IMG/VR virus record: IMGVR_UViG_3300027793_002658
Length of the DNA stretch: 61,450 nt
Strand: one strand, 5' to 3'
Source: an uncultured virus (IMG/VR IMGVR_UViG_3300027793_002658)
Lineage: Duplodnaviria; Heunggongvirae; Uroviricota; Caudoviricetes
Part shown: piece after piece, positions 42,386-51,792 of the stretch
Layout: every line of letters starts with the position of its first letter
Position numbering within the stretch: position 1 is the stretch's first letter
Program-made: the position numbers and the translations under genes
Notes under the pieces: generated by a model
Databases searched by the model: none
Told to the model about the DNA's origin: nothing
What the model saw: the letters and a program-made list of their open reading frames with translations, nothing else

Positions 42386-43102
42386 TCACAAGTTTTTTAT
42401 TTTTTTAATAATATATTTTACCAATCCACTACGAACAATATCTTCTTCAGTAAATTTAAATGTAAATATACCATTTTCTCTACTTTCCGCATCATCGAAA
42501 ACATTTACAATTTTGGTAAACCCGCTTTTATTTCCGATATCAGTTTGTTCTGGATCACCGATAATAAAAACTTTACTAAATTCACCAGTACGTGTAATAA
42601 GTGTGATTATTTCTTTCTGAGTCATGTTTTGAGCTTCGTCTGCAATAATACATTTGGCATTCCAATTCAAACCACGTAAAAATCCAATTGGAACACTTGA
42701 AACACGACCATCTTTCTCCAACAAATCAACTTCTGATTTTGGTAATAATTCGTTTAATTTTTCCAAAAGAGGTTGCAAATATGGTGCCATCTTTTCATTG
42801 GCTTCTCCGGGTAAAAATCCAATTTTACTATCCGAACTTTCTACAGCACTTCGTAAATATAGCAAGTCACTTACTTTTTTTAAATTCATCAATTGCAACG
42901 CAGCCATTATACTTACATAAGTTTTCGACGTTCCCGCTGGTCCACTAACAAAAATCATTTTCGTATTTTTATCCATTGCAAGTTCCAAAAACGCTTTTTG
43001 TTTTTCAGTTAACTCACGCTGTGTTATATTTAATTCGTTTTTAATTTTTGACTTTTGTGGAACAAGTGGACTTGTATCCGGTTTAGATTTATTTTTTTTC
43101 AT
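42386..43102 (-). CDS. phoH: PhoH-family ATPase
   Basis: GPAGTSKT, GFLPG, RG, DEAQN, GD..Q.D, DIVRS. Confidence 0.9.
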   Translation of the reverse strand: MKKNKSKPDTSPLVPQKSKIKNELNITQRELTEKQKAFLELAMDKNTKMIFVSGPAGTSKTYVSIMAALQLMNLKKVSDLLYLRSAVESSDSKIGFLPGEANEKMAPYLQPLLEKLNELLPKSEVDLLEKDGRVSSVPIGFLRGLNWNAKCIIADEAQNMTQKEIITLITRTGEFSKVFIIGDPEQTDIGNKSGFTKIVNVFDDAESRENGIFTFKFTEEDIVRSGLVKYIIKKIKNL

Positions 43103-43433
43103 GCGAGTTTAATTTATACAAAACAGTATTTAATTTTTCTTCAATTTTTTTTACTCTTGCACATAATTCATATTTTTCAGTCGAAATATAGTAATTATAT
43201 ACATTTTCTAAATTCTGTTTGAAAGTTTCATGTGACAATGTGATGACAAAATCAGATCGTTTAAACTTAAATACCTCCACGATTTCTAATTTTTTATCAA
43301 TGGCATATTCTATGGAAGACACTACCTGCTCTGTCATTATTGTTTTATTTTTTTCTATAAATGTATCCATCTCCGAAAAGTCCGAAGGTAACAAATATGG
43401 TTTATATGTAACAGTTAATGATTTTTTTGCCAT
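43089..43433 (-). CDS. Hypothetical protein
   Basis: 114-aa ORF with EKYELC motif. Confidence 0.6.
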   Translation of the reverse strand: MAKKSLTVTYKPYLLPSDFSEMDTFIEKNKTIMTEQVVSSIEYAIDKKLEIVEVFKFKRSDFVITLSHETFKQNLENVYNYYISTEKYELCARVKKIEEKLNTVLYKLNSHEKK

Positions 43434-43467
43434 ACATCAATAAGTATCTGATAACCATTTACAAAAA

Positions 43468-43503
43468 CAAAAAAACGTCATCAAATATTATTTTGATGAC
43501 GTT
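43468..43503 (-). terminator. Intrinsic terminator
   Basis: aacgtcatcaaa/tttgatgacgtt stem followed by a U tract on the minus strand. Confidence 0.7.
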
Positions 43504-43526
43504 CATATTTATGTATTTATGTATAC

Positions 43527-43766
43527 TTACTTCTTCTTTTTATAAGAAGACTTCTTTTTGGAACTAACTTCTGGCTGTTTATTTGTGTTTGTTGTATCGA
43601 CAACATTCTGTAGCTGACGCTCTCTGCGTTGCGCGGTGTATCTCCAACTTAGTTTTGTACGGCGGCTTGCATATTCAAATGCAAGCCCTGTTGCCAACAA
43701 ATTAATTACTTCCGCTTCAGTTTCAGCGTTGGCAATTTTTTCTCTCAATCCAATTGGTGTACTCAT
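43527..43766 (-). CDS. Hypothetical protein
   Basis: ORF. Confidence 0.55.
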   Translation of the reverse strand: MSTPIGLREKIANAETEAEVINLLATGLAFEYASRRTKLSWRYTAQRRERQLQNVVDTTNTNKQPEVSSKKKSSYKKKK

Positions 43767-43768
43767 AA

Positions 43769-43984
43769 TTAATAGATGCGATGTTTCTTATCGTTGTATT
43801 CTTCTACTGTTATTTTTGTTCCATCCGGCCATGTGGCGATGATCTTTTTCCAATGATCAACTTCTTCAGTTGCATCACTAACATTATCATATTCGCGTTC
43901 ACTAACACGAATACCACTGCGAGTTACAACAAACTTCTTGTGTGAAGCTGTTCCATTGTCTTGCTTACTTGTTTTAGTAGCCAT
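43769..43984 (-). CDS. Hypothetical protein
   Basis: ORF. Confidence 0.6.
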   Translation of the reverse strand: MATKTSKQDNGTASHKKFVVTRSGIRVSEREYDNVSDATEEVDHWKKIIATWPDGTKITVEEYNDKKHRIY

Positions 43985-44065
43985 AATATACTATCCTTTT
44001 TTTAATTCATACTATTTGTTTGGTTTTATTAAAATGATATGCGATAACCAGTCAACATACCAAAA

Positions 44066-44590
44066 TTATTCGTCAATATTTTTTACTCTGTATTTGTCTT
44101 TCTTTGTGGGATGTAGTGCCACAGAATCATAATAAAAATATTGTGTCTGTTCAAAAGTTGCATTATAGACTTTTATTCCGCCAACAGGAAAATGTGGTTT
44201 ACCTGCATCAATATATTCCATGAAATATATTTTATAAAACAATGGATATTTGGCAACAACTACACGGCTTCCAATGTCAGTGTCTTTTGTAATGCGTCTT
44301 TCAATAGGAATATGATTATAGATTTCAAATTCAATACTTGAATGCCGAAAGGTTTTTGAAACAACTTTTAAATCTGAAATAGATTCGTCTGATTCCGCTT
44401 CGTCTATCTTTTTTGATTTCGCATCCGATTTAACAGTCTGTTTAATCTCTTTTTTCGGCTTTATTGGTGTTTCTACTTTTTTAGATTCTACTTTTTTAGG
44501 AGTAGAAGGGGCGACTTTTTTTACATCATTACCCTTTAACTTTTTAGTAATAATGTCTTTAAAGTCGCCCTTTTTCTTTGGTCGAGCCAT
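44066..44590 (-). CDS. Hypothetical protein with basic N-terminus
   Basis: ORF. Confidence 0.6.
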   Translation of the reverse strand: MARPKKKGDFKDIITKKLKGNDVKKVAPSTPKKVESKKVETPIKPKKEIKQTVKSDAKSKKIDEAESDESISDLKVVSKTFRHSSIEFEIYNHIPIERRITKDTDIGSRVVVAKYPLFYKIYFMEYIDAGKPHFPVGGIKVYNATFEQTQYFYYDSVALHPTKKDKYRVKNIDE

Positions 44591-44595
44591 AAGTG

Positions 44596-45603
44596 TTACT
44601 TCAACACTAACAATTTGGTGCCCTTAATCAACTTACGATTGGTGCTAGTGCTTTGAACGAAAATATCAAATGCACTATGAGAAGCAGGATTAACTTTTAC
44701 TTCCTGATTAGGTAATGCCAACATTGCTCGGGCATTTACACCACTGTATACTTTGCCGTTCATTTTGTCTTGAATGCAAACTTGCTTATAGCTTTGAATC
44801 TTCTCAGGTTTGGTTAGCTGATAATATGAAGAACCATTTACATATGCCGATTTAGTCCAGCTTTCAACAAATGGTTTGATTACGCTGTCCGATTGAATTG
44901 GAAGCAATAAATAATCGGTAGCAGGCAACTGTGTAAGATTAGTTGCAACCGCTGCGGTTGTCAACTTCGTTACATCCAAATCAAATAGATTTTTAGTGCT
45001 ACGAATTCCTTTGGCGCGAGCAGCCATGAAATTATCAGTTGCTGCTTTGATAGTTTCACCTGCTTTTTCAACACCGCCAACAGTCGCATTCCATACTTGG
45101 ATGTTATTTGTTGGAAATCCAAATTTCTTGGCTTCATGAACACCTGTTTGATTTGGAACCAACACGGCAACAGTCCAATTATCAGGTAGGGTTTTGAGTT
45201 TTGTAGCCAAATGTTCAGGCGTGTTTCGGCTATTGTTTTCTTCTCCGTCTGTCAGAACATAAGACAAAAACGCATGGTCGCCATACTTTTGTGGAGTCAA
45301 TGCAAGATCATCCAATGCAGTTACGGTTCCATCAATTAATGATGTATTTCCACCAGTGCGATAGTAATCTTTTAATGATGGCAGACGTAGTACGTCTTTA
45401 TCGTAAATTAAACAGCTAACACTGCTATTAAAAAGATAAACAGTGACGCGAGTTTCTTGATCCAATTCCTTGCTACGTAGAGCAAGGTGCTTAATCTGCG
45501 CGTCGAAAACTTTTACAACTTCGTTTGAAAGATGGCCCATTGACCCTGAAGAATCTACGACGAACACAATGTGATTAATATAATTTTGTAAATTTTTATT
45601 CAT
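44596..45603 (-). CDS. von Willebrand factor A domain protein
   Basis: MIDAS DSSGSM, GNT, LTDGEEN. Confidence 0.85.
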   Translation of the reverse strand: MNKNLQNYINHIVFVVDSSGSMGHLSNEVVKVFDAQIKHLALRSKELDQETRVTVYLFNSSVSCLIYDKDVLRLPSLKDYYRTGGNTSLIDGTVTALDDLALTPQKYGDHAFLSYVLTDGEENNSRNTPEHLATKLKTLPDNWTVAVLVPNQTGVHEAKKFGFPTNNIQVWNATVGGVEKAGETIKAATDNFMAARAKGIRSTKNLFDLDVTKLTTAAVATNLTQLPATDYLLLPIQSDSVIKPFVESWTKSAYVNGSSYYQLTKPEKIQSYKQVCIQDKMNGKVYSGVNARAMLALPNQEVKVNPASHSAFDIFVQSTSTNRKLIKGTKLLVLK

Positions 45604-45689
45604 AATTTTTTATTTGTTAATTTGTTAAGTATGTGCATACCTTTTACCGCATGCACACTAATATATAGTATCTCAAAACAGATTTCAAC

Positions 45690-45938
45690 TTATTTTATCT
45701 GTGTTGTTTTAAATATTTTTCCAGAGGTTGTGTAATGTGCCCGGTATATGTTAGTGACAATATAATTGATTGATAGTGTGTTAGTTACATAATGTTCATA
45801 TTCAATGTAATCATTTGTAATAACAACCACATTACCTGTTTTTTGTATTTCGTTTAATGCAGGTTCATAATTATATCTTAACATTTTACAACCGGTGTTT
45901 AATAATATAATTGCTCCAAAAAACATTAATTTTTTCAT
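45690..45938 (-). CDS. Putative lipoprotein
   Basis: Signal peptide with lipobox-like LNTGC. Confidence 0.55.
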   Translation of the reverse strand: MKKLMFFGAIILLNTGCKMLRYNYEPALNEIQKTGNVVVITNDYIEYEHYVTNTLSINYIVTNIYRAHYTTSGKIFKTTQIK

Positions 45939-47080
45939 TATACAGCTACTTGTCCTTTAATTGCCGGATGTGGATCATAATCCAACAACTTGATGTCATC
46001 ATATTTGAAATCAAATAATGATTTAATTTCAGGATTTAACCACAACTTAGGAAGTTGCTTTGGTTCTCTAGTCATTTGCAATTTAATTTGATCCAAATGA
46101 TTAACATAAACATGTGAATCTCCATGCGAGTGTGTAAATTTTCCCGGCACCATATTCGTGACTTGGGCAATCATAGCGATCAACAAACTATATGATGCAA
46201 TATTAAATGGAACACCGAGGAAAAAATCATTTGAACGTTGATAGAGCAAACAATTCAAACGACGGGTTGGAATATTATATTTTTCCACTAACTCCAAATC
46301 AGAACTTGGACGTATTCCATAACTATTTGTTAAATCCAAGTCTTTCTTACATTGTTCGTCAGTTAATAACTTTGTTCGTTCTTCCAAAGTCAATTCTTCT
46401 GTATGAAAGTGATACATAACATGACATGGAGGTAATGCACAGTGATCTACCCAATATGGGTGCCACGCAGAGACAATAATGCGTCGATCATCTGGATTAG
46501 TTTTAAGTTTAACAATTGCCTTTTGTAATTGGTCAACATGATCTACTTCCGCTACAATTTTATGTCCATATAATGATTGGGTTTCGCTGGATTCATCATA
46601 ATATGGAAATGCTCTCCACATTCCTCCATAAGTTCCTTCACCGAGTTCACCCCATTGTTTGGCAAATTCTGAGTTGGTTTTAATGCGATCAATAAATTCT
46701 TCCTGCGTCAATTTACGACAACTTCTAGCTACGGCTTCTCCATCTTTTTCACGAATTCCATTTTCTTCATTGAAGATGACATTTTCTTTATGAGCATCTG
46801 CATACTTTTTATATGCCCATTCATTCCAAATACGAACATTGTTATCAACCAGATACTTGATGTTTGTATCTCCACTAATGAACCAAAGCAATTCATGCAC
46901 AATAGCTGGCCAATGAACTTTCTTGGTGGTTAATATAGGAAATGCGTTGAGGTCAACATCATATTTGGCTTGAGCACCAAAAATACCAATAGTATCGATA
47001 CCGGTTCGGTTCTTTTTGAGTCGTCCGTTGGTTAGAATGTCGTTTACAACTCTAAAATATTCTGTGTCTACTTTGTTCAT
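45938..47080 (-). CDS. thyA: Thymidylate synthase
   Basis: RTG, ELLWF, LPPCH, YQRS.D..LGVPFN; contains insertions. Confidence 0.95.
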   Translation of the reverse strand: MNKVDTEYFRVVNDILTNGRLKKNRTGIDTIGIFGAQAKYDVDLNAFPILTTKKVHWPAIVHELLWFISGDTNIKYLVDNNVRIWNEWAYKKYADAHKENVIFNEENGIREKDGEAVARSCRKLTQEEFIDRIKTNSEFAKQWGELGEGTYGGMWRAFPYYDESSETQSLYGHKIVAEVDHVDQLQKAIVKLKTNPDDRRIIVSAWHPYWVDHCALPPCHVMYHFHTEELTLEERTKLLTDEQCKKDLDLTNSYGIRPSSDLELVEKYNIPTRRLNCLLYQRSNDFFLGVPFNIASYSLLIAMIAQVTNMVPGKFTHSHGDSHVYVNHLDQIKLQMTREPKQLPKLWLNPEIKSLFDFKYDDIKLLDYDPHPAIKGQVAV

Positions 47081-47081
47081 A

Positions 47082-47591
47082 TTATTTGTTCCATTTAAAT
47101 AAATCTAAAAATAAATCCCAACTAGTCATCTCTCTTGGATATTTGTCTTTTTTCTTTTTAATTTGCTCTAATTGTTTAATTCTAGTAGGTGAAGGAAATT
47201 GACCCGTTCCTTCACACAAACTACATTTTTTTAATTCAAAATCTATTGCTTTATACGATCCTTTACCATCACATATTCTACACAAAATATCATTGTTTGA
47301 AATTCTGTGATTTTCCCAATCCTCATAACATTTAAATGAGTATGAATATACACTTGGAGTTCCACGCTTCAGCAATGTTTCACATTTATCACAATATCGA
47401 TCATATTCTGCAATTGTTCCGCTAAAATCTCCATATGACGAACATAAACTCAACAAAAAATCGAATGATTGGATATTACATCGTCTACAAGCCATATGTG
47501 AACAACGATCACAGGTCTTAAAATAATGCCCTTGATCATCAATACAAACGGGTAATTTCTTACCATCGAATGTGTGAGTATTTTTGTTCAT
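47082..47591 (-). CDS. Cys-rich protein with DnaJ-type CxxCxGxG repeats
   Basis: CRICDGKG, CSLCEGTG. Confidence 0.6.
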   Translation of the reverse strand: MNKNTHTFDGKKLPVCIDDQGHYFKTCDRCSHMACRRCNIQSFDFLLSLCSSYGDFSGTIAEYDRYCDKCETLLKRGTPSVYSYSFKCYEDWENHRISNNDILCRICDGKGSYKAIDFELKKCSLCEGTGQFPSPTRIKQLEQIKKKKDKYPREMTSWDLFLDLFKWNK

Positions 47592-47592
47592 A

Positions 47593-47781
47593 TCATTTCT
47601 TCATTTTACTTTTGCATTGGCATTCTTTCTTACCACACCCAAGACATAAATTGTTTCTATAACGATGATGTAATTTATCTATTGCGGGTGATTCATTAAG
47701 ATGAATTGGTTGTCCATTTATATGCGGACCATCAAAATGAATATCATATCCTTTAGTTCGTGGTTTCCGCTTTTTAGCCAT
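47593..47781 (-). CDS. Small Cys-rich basic protein
   Basis: ORF directly after a consensus promoter. Confidence 0.55.
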   Translation of the reverse strand: MAKKRKPRTKGYDIHFDGPHINGQPIHLNESPAIDKLHHRYRNNLCLGCGKKECQCKSKMKK

Positions 47782-47788
47782 ATTACTT

Positions 47789-47817
47789 ATTATAATTCAC
47801 AACTTTGTGTAGGTCAA
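47789..47817 (-). promoter_or_regulatory. Sigma70-type promoter, probably leaderless
   Basis: TTGACC-N17-TATAAT, ATG 7 nt downstream. Confidence 0.75.
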
Positions 47818-48127
47818 ATTCTTTTACAACGCCTCGTTTGTTATAAATATGTACCCAACAAAGACATTAACCGGTAAAATTTATTCATACAGTTTTCTTG
47901 CGAGTCTTAATAAGTTCCATAAAGGCGGCGGGTTTCTTAAGATCAGGATTACTGTGATCCTTCTCTGTTACTTCGTCAACTTCTTTTGTATTGCCGGATT
48001 CGATTTGTGTCTCAGCCATTACAGCTTTGATTGCCATTTTTGATTTGACTCGCAAGTATTTTACTATCTTCTAAAGGATCATGAAAAGTATATTCAGTAT
48101 CTACTTTGATCATATCAATCTTTTTAT

Positions 48128-48325
48128 TCAAATTATTCCAGCAGTTGAGTGGTTATTTCTATCGGCAAGTGCTATTTTATATGTTTCTTCTAATACAGAA
48201 ACATTATATAATTCTTTTACTGTGGAAATTGTTTCCCAATCTACTAAGAATGTTTTATTTTTTCCATCACGATATTTGATGGTTACTTCCAAATCGTGTG
48301 GGTCTATTTCATCGTAATTGTTCAT
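48128..48325 (-). CDS. Hypothetical protein
   Basis: ORF with ATGA overlap. Confidence 0.55.
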   Translation of the reverse strand: MNNYDEIDPHDLEVTIKYRDGKNKTFLVDWETISTVKELYNVSVLEETYKIALADRNNHSTAGII

Positions 48326-48588
48326 ATATCTAATATATCCTTGGCAATATCTCGTATCATAGGATCAGGATCACTATCCGCTATCGTTTCGATTTTGTCA
48401 ACAACATTTTGATGTTCGATAAAAAAACTTAATCCCGCCAATGCTCCTTCTCTCACAGTTGGATCTTCATGCCGAAGAATTCTAAATAAGGTTGGAATTG
48501 CGGCGGGATCACCTTCGATACCCAAGTCTTCCGCATGATATGTAAGTATATGCGGCTCCATATTTTCAATCTCTCTGTCGTAATTCAT
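48322..48588 (-). CDS. HEAT-repeat small protein
   Basis: AIPTL..IL..EDPTVR..A..GL; DPDPMIR..A. Confidence 0.7.
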   Translation of the reverse strand: MNYDREIENMEPHILTYHAEDLGIEGDPAAIPTLFRILRHEDPTVREGALAGLSFFIEHQNVVDKIETIADSDPDPMIRDIAKDILDI

Positions 48589-48596
48589 ATGCGCTG

Positions 48597-48625
48597 ATAC
48601 TACGCCAGAGAGTCTATATGGTCAA
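48597..48625 (-). promoter_or_regulatory. Sigma70-type promoter
   Basis: TTGACC-N17-TAGTAT, ATG 8 nt downstream. Confidence 0.65.
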
Positions 48626-48634
48626 TTTTTTATA

Positions 48635-49408
48635 TCAACTATACGTATTGTTATCAATTTTTGTATATGTCACAGATTTTGGTTCTTTAGTTACTCCTTG
48701 TTCCAAAAATCCAAAACTATAACTATATTTTCCAATATGTGCCAGTTTAATTCGGGTATCACAATACAATTTGATTCCAGCACTTCGTATTCTATGACAA
48801 AATGCAAAATCTTCACCGATATATTCGTCATTTAATAACAATGGATAAAAATAAGGATATACTTCGTATTGCCCACCCCAAATTTTTACTCTTGTCATCT
48901 TTTCATTTTTCACAATTGCCTCATATACACTACGATGTGTATACATAAACCCAGTGGCAGCATATTTTATTTCATATAATCCGCCGCTTTCACCAAGCAA
49001 AACTTTTTTGTCAAGAAATTCAGTGGTTAATGCTGGCCAACCTTTGACACTATACGGAGCACTAACAAATGGAAGGCCCAATTTAATTACCTTTTCAACA
49101 TCATATGGCCAAAATGCTACATCCGCATCAATCCAAAACAAATGTTCGAAACCTTCGTCTAATGCATCCTGTGCCATGGCGCATCTACCTTGATCAATCG
49201 CACTAAATCCATATTTTCTACGAACTGTGTAACCAAATGATTCCAATTTTCTTAATGCTTCATCCACGGCTGGTTCGATACTATGTGCAACAGGAACCAA
49301 AATAACGACGGAATTTGGTTTAAATGATTGTGGCAAAATAGCATTAACTTTTGCTTTTTTAGACGAGCGTAACTTCTGAAATAATCCAACGATGTAATCT
49401 ATAATCAT
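48635..49408 (-). CDS. GT-A fold glycosyltransferase-like protein
   Basis: LFWIDAD, ATGFM, GEDFAFC, HIG. Confidence 0.75.
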   Translation of the reverse strand: MIIDYIVGLFQKLRSSKKAKVNAILPQSFKPNSVVILVPVAHSIEPAVDEALRKLESFGYTVRRKYGFSAIDQGRCAMAQDALDEGFEHLFWIDADVAFWPYDVEKVIKLGLPFVSAPYSVKGWPALTTEFLDKKVLLGESGGLYEIKYAATGFMYTHRSVYEAIVKNEKMTRVKIWGGQYEVYPYFYPLLLNDEYIGEDFAFCHRIRSAGIKLYCDTRIKLAHIGKYSYSFGFLEQGVTKEPKSVTYTKIDNNTYS

Positions 49409-49422
49409 AACAATAATAAGTA

Positions 49423-49911
49423 TTATACTGTTTTTGAATACTTCAAAACTTTATGTTCTCCTTCAAATTCTCTTATAACTTCTTGCTTATCAAATAGATG
49501 CTCAAATGGTGACATATAAGTATCAGCATCAAATTCTCCATTTACATGTGTAACATAAAATTCTCTGATATATGGAAGAAATAATTCATATGTCTTGGCA
49601 CCACCGATGACAATCAATTCTCCTTTGAGTTGAACGTCAAGATTGACAATACTCATTGCATTGCGATAGGTATGCGCCGAATTATAAATAACATTATAAT
49701 CATCTACGTGTTTATATGGAGTTCTCGTCAGTACAATTAAATTGCGATTTTTTAGTTTTGGTAACGTTGAAAAAGTCGTGTGTCCAACAACCAAAATTTT
49801 ATTAGTTGTAAACTCTTTAAACCATCTGAAATCATCTTTTATACTTGGCCAAGGCAATTGATTTTTTTTCCCAATTGCTCTATTTTTATCCATTGCAATA
49901 ATTGCTTTCAT
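49423..49911 (-). CDS. folA: Dihydrofolate reductase
   Basis: IG..NQLPW, D..WFK, L.NR..IVLT, IGGA..Y, DTY. Confidence 0.9.
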   Translation of the reverse strand: MKAIIAMDKNRAIGKKNQLPWPSIKDDFRWFKEFTTNKILVVGHTTFSTLPKLKNRNLIVLTRTPYKHVDDYNVIYNSAHTYRNAMSIVNLDVQLKGELIVIGGAKTYELFLPYIREFYVTHVNGEFDADTYMSPFEHLFDKQEVIREFEGEHKVLKYSKTV

Positions 49912-50021
49912 ATATCTTTAATCAAATTTTTGAAACTAGTAGTTGTTAATTTTGATGCTGTTGTGTTACTACATTTGTATTGTCACGATTTTCATTGAAT
50001 ATTATGTATTATATCTAAAAC

Positions 50022-50059
50022 AAAAAAACCGTCAACATATAAATAATGTTGACGGTTTT
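50022..50059. terminator. Intrinsic terminator closing the tRNA array
   Basis: aaaaccgtcaacat/atgttgacggtttt inverted repeat with A/T tracts. Confidence 0.75.
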
Positions 50060-50067
50060 AAATAAAT

Positions 50068-50159
50068 TGGCGGATAGAACAGGATTCGAACCTGTGGTAC
50101 GCTTTTAAACGTACAGAAGTTTAGCAAACTTCCGCTTTCGGCCACTCAGCCATCTATCC
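50068..50159 (-). tRNA. tRNA-Ser(GCT)
   Basis: Cloverleaf, long variable arm, encoded CCA. Confidence 0.9.
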
Positions 50160-50161
50160 AT

Positions 50162-50365
50162 TAGCTGTAAATTAATAGTTTGTTTTGACCTTGCAGCATT
50201 GACGCTTTTGACGCCCCATTCGGTTCGTGCTGCTACCATAGCACTGTTTCAGTCGTACCACTTTTCTTGATTTTCCTTGCATTCAAGCAATTACTTTTTA
50301 ATATCAAGGCAACCGGCATGATCTTCAATCCGGCATTACCGTATCGGTATATCAATTTACAACTA
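50162..50365 (-). ncRNA. Unassigned ~204-nt structured RNA (possible raiA-motif relative)
   Basis: 14-bp terminal helix with two G-U pairs; several internal hairpins; no credible ORF. Confidence 0.55.
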
Positions 50366-50370
50366 TAAAT

Positions 50371-50460
50371 TGGAGGAAAGAGAGGGATTCGAACCCCCGG
50401 AGGCTTTTAGACCCCTACGGTTTTCAAGACCATCGCCTTAAACCACTCAGCCATCTTTCC
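50371..50460 (-). tRNA. tRNA-Ser(TGA)
   Basis: Cloverleaf, long variable arm, CCA. Confidence 0.9.
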
Positions 50461-50478
50461 AATATTTTAAAAGAACAA

Positions 50479-50679
50479 TTATACGTCTTCTTCTGGTACA
50501 ATTTTATCTGCTTTCAAACTCAAATCGCCACCCGCTTCTTCTACCACAGCTTTGATTTCACTTTCAAGCTCTTTGATTTTTTCTTTGTAACCAGCGGCTA
50601 CATCCTTAAAATCTTTTTTGGTGAAGATTAATTTTTCCGTCAATTCGTAAACCTTTTTTTCTGCTTCTGCTTTTGTCAT
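50479..50679 (-). CDS. Small coiled-coil protein
   Basis: ORF from MTKAEAE. Confidence 0.6.
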   Translation of the reverse strand: MTKAEAEKKVYELTEKLIFTKKDFKDVAAGYKEKIKELESEIKAVVEEAGGDLSLKADKIVPEEDV

Positions 50680-50696
50680 ATGACAATACATAGTTG

Positions 50697-51020
50697 TTAC
50701 ATTGTCAATTCATTTGATTTTTTTACAGCAATTTCATATGACGAATTTATTAATTTATACAAATCATTTGGATACATTCCATCCACACCATTTGTTTTAT
50801 TAAATATATGATATTGCTCTGCTTCAAGATGATGAAGTGAGCATAACGTTATACCATTTTCTATTACATAGCCTCCATTTGGCATTTCATGTCTATCTGT
50901 AATATGATGTGCATCAAGATTTTCAGTCGATCCACAAATTTTGCACCGATTCTTATCTCGCGCAAATACATTTTTTGAGAAATTCTTGCGCCATTCCTTA
51001 TGTGCTTGTTTCTTGCTCAT
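50697..51020 (-). CDS. HNH endonuclease-like protein
   Basis: RD..RCKICG...LDAHHI...NGITLC..HH. Confidence 0.8.
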   Translation of the reverse strand: MSKKQAHKEWRKNFSKNVFARDKNRCKICGSTENLDAHHITDRHEMPNGGYVIENGITLCSLHHLEAEQYHIFNKTNGVDGMYPNDLYKLINSSYEIAVKKSNELTM

Positions 51021-51201
51021 CTTTTTTAATTTGTTTATATATTGCATCTGCTTCTTCTAAATAAAGATCTTGTTCGCATCTGGCCCATTCTTCCGCCGAC
51101 ATTCCATTTCCATAATATCCATGAAATTCAGCATGCATTTTCCAACCTTCTGCATATTTTTTTGCCAAATTATATGCAATATTTGTAATAACTTTATTCA
51201 T
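50998..51201 (-). CDS. Hypothetical protein
   Basis: ORF. Confidence 0.55.
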   Translation of the reverse strand: MNKVITNIAYNLAKKYAEGWKMHAEFHGYYGNGMSAEEWARCEQDLYLEEADAIYKQIKKDEQETST

Positions 51202-51213
51202 ATTTTACTAAAT

Positions 51214-51597
51214 TGGTGGACGTGGAGGAAGTTGAATCCTCGTCTTTAACATTTTACCCATACCAGACTACATGTTTATTCATTTTGAATTTATTCGTGG
51301 CAATTCTAATAAATGAAAAACAAAATTGCCCTTAAGATTGCTCAATGTTCAACAATACAACACAATCCGATTATATCGTTTACTCTGATAAATGGCGTTT
51401 ACATCAGTATCAGATATTCTGATATAAACGGGCTACCAGTAAATTAGGCAGCAACAGCGACTTCATCATAGTTGAAGTCATATGCAATTACATTGTCTTC
51501 TGCATTTAGGTTTTTAATGGATTTTTTTAGGAAGCCAACCATCATCTTCCACATGCCTAGCATGACTAGTATATTAAATCGAAACCAGTACACGCCC
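51214..51597 (-). ncRNA. ssrA: tmRNA
   Basis: 5' GGGCGUGUACUGGUUUCGA; G3-U acceptor stem; T-arm and ACCA end; tag AEDNVIAYDFNYDEVAVAA* at 51503-51444. Confidence 0.92.
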
Positions 51598-51603
51598 GTA
51601 AAA

Positions 51604-51792
51604 TTATATTTCTGTATTAATAGATTGTGCTTTTTCAGCATCAAAATTTTTTAATGCCTGATAAACTTCTTTCAGACACGAATACTCACTTTGATCCATA
51701 CCCGGCATCACACTAACTCTTAAGTTAGAGTAATTTTTTTCTTTACAAATTTTGTTTAATTGGTGTTTATACCAGTCATTGCTTTTTTTCAT
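51604..51792 (-). CDS. Hypothetical protein
   Basis: ORF from MKKSNDW, ATGA overlap. Confidence 0.5.
   Translation of the reverse strand: MKKSNDWYKHQLNKICKEKNYSNLRVSVMPGMDQSEYSCLKEVYQALKNFDAEKAQSINTEI

Noticed and set aside
45938..47080. Intron or intein in thyA
   Set aside because: The ORF is continuous; insertions are short and lack intein motifs.
47785..47887. Possible frameshifted small ORF
   Set aside because: Better explained by the consensus promoter at 47789-47817.
51444..51644. 66-aa ORF ending ...DEVAVAA
   Set aside because: It is the tmRNA tag frame extended upstream, not a gene.
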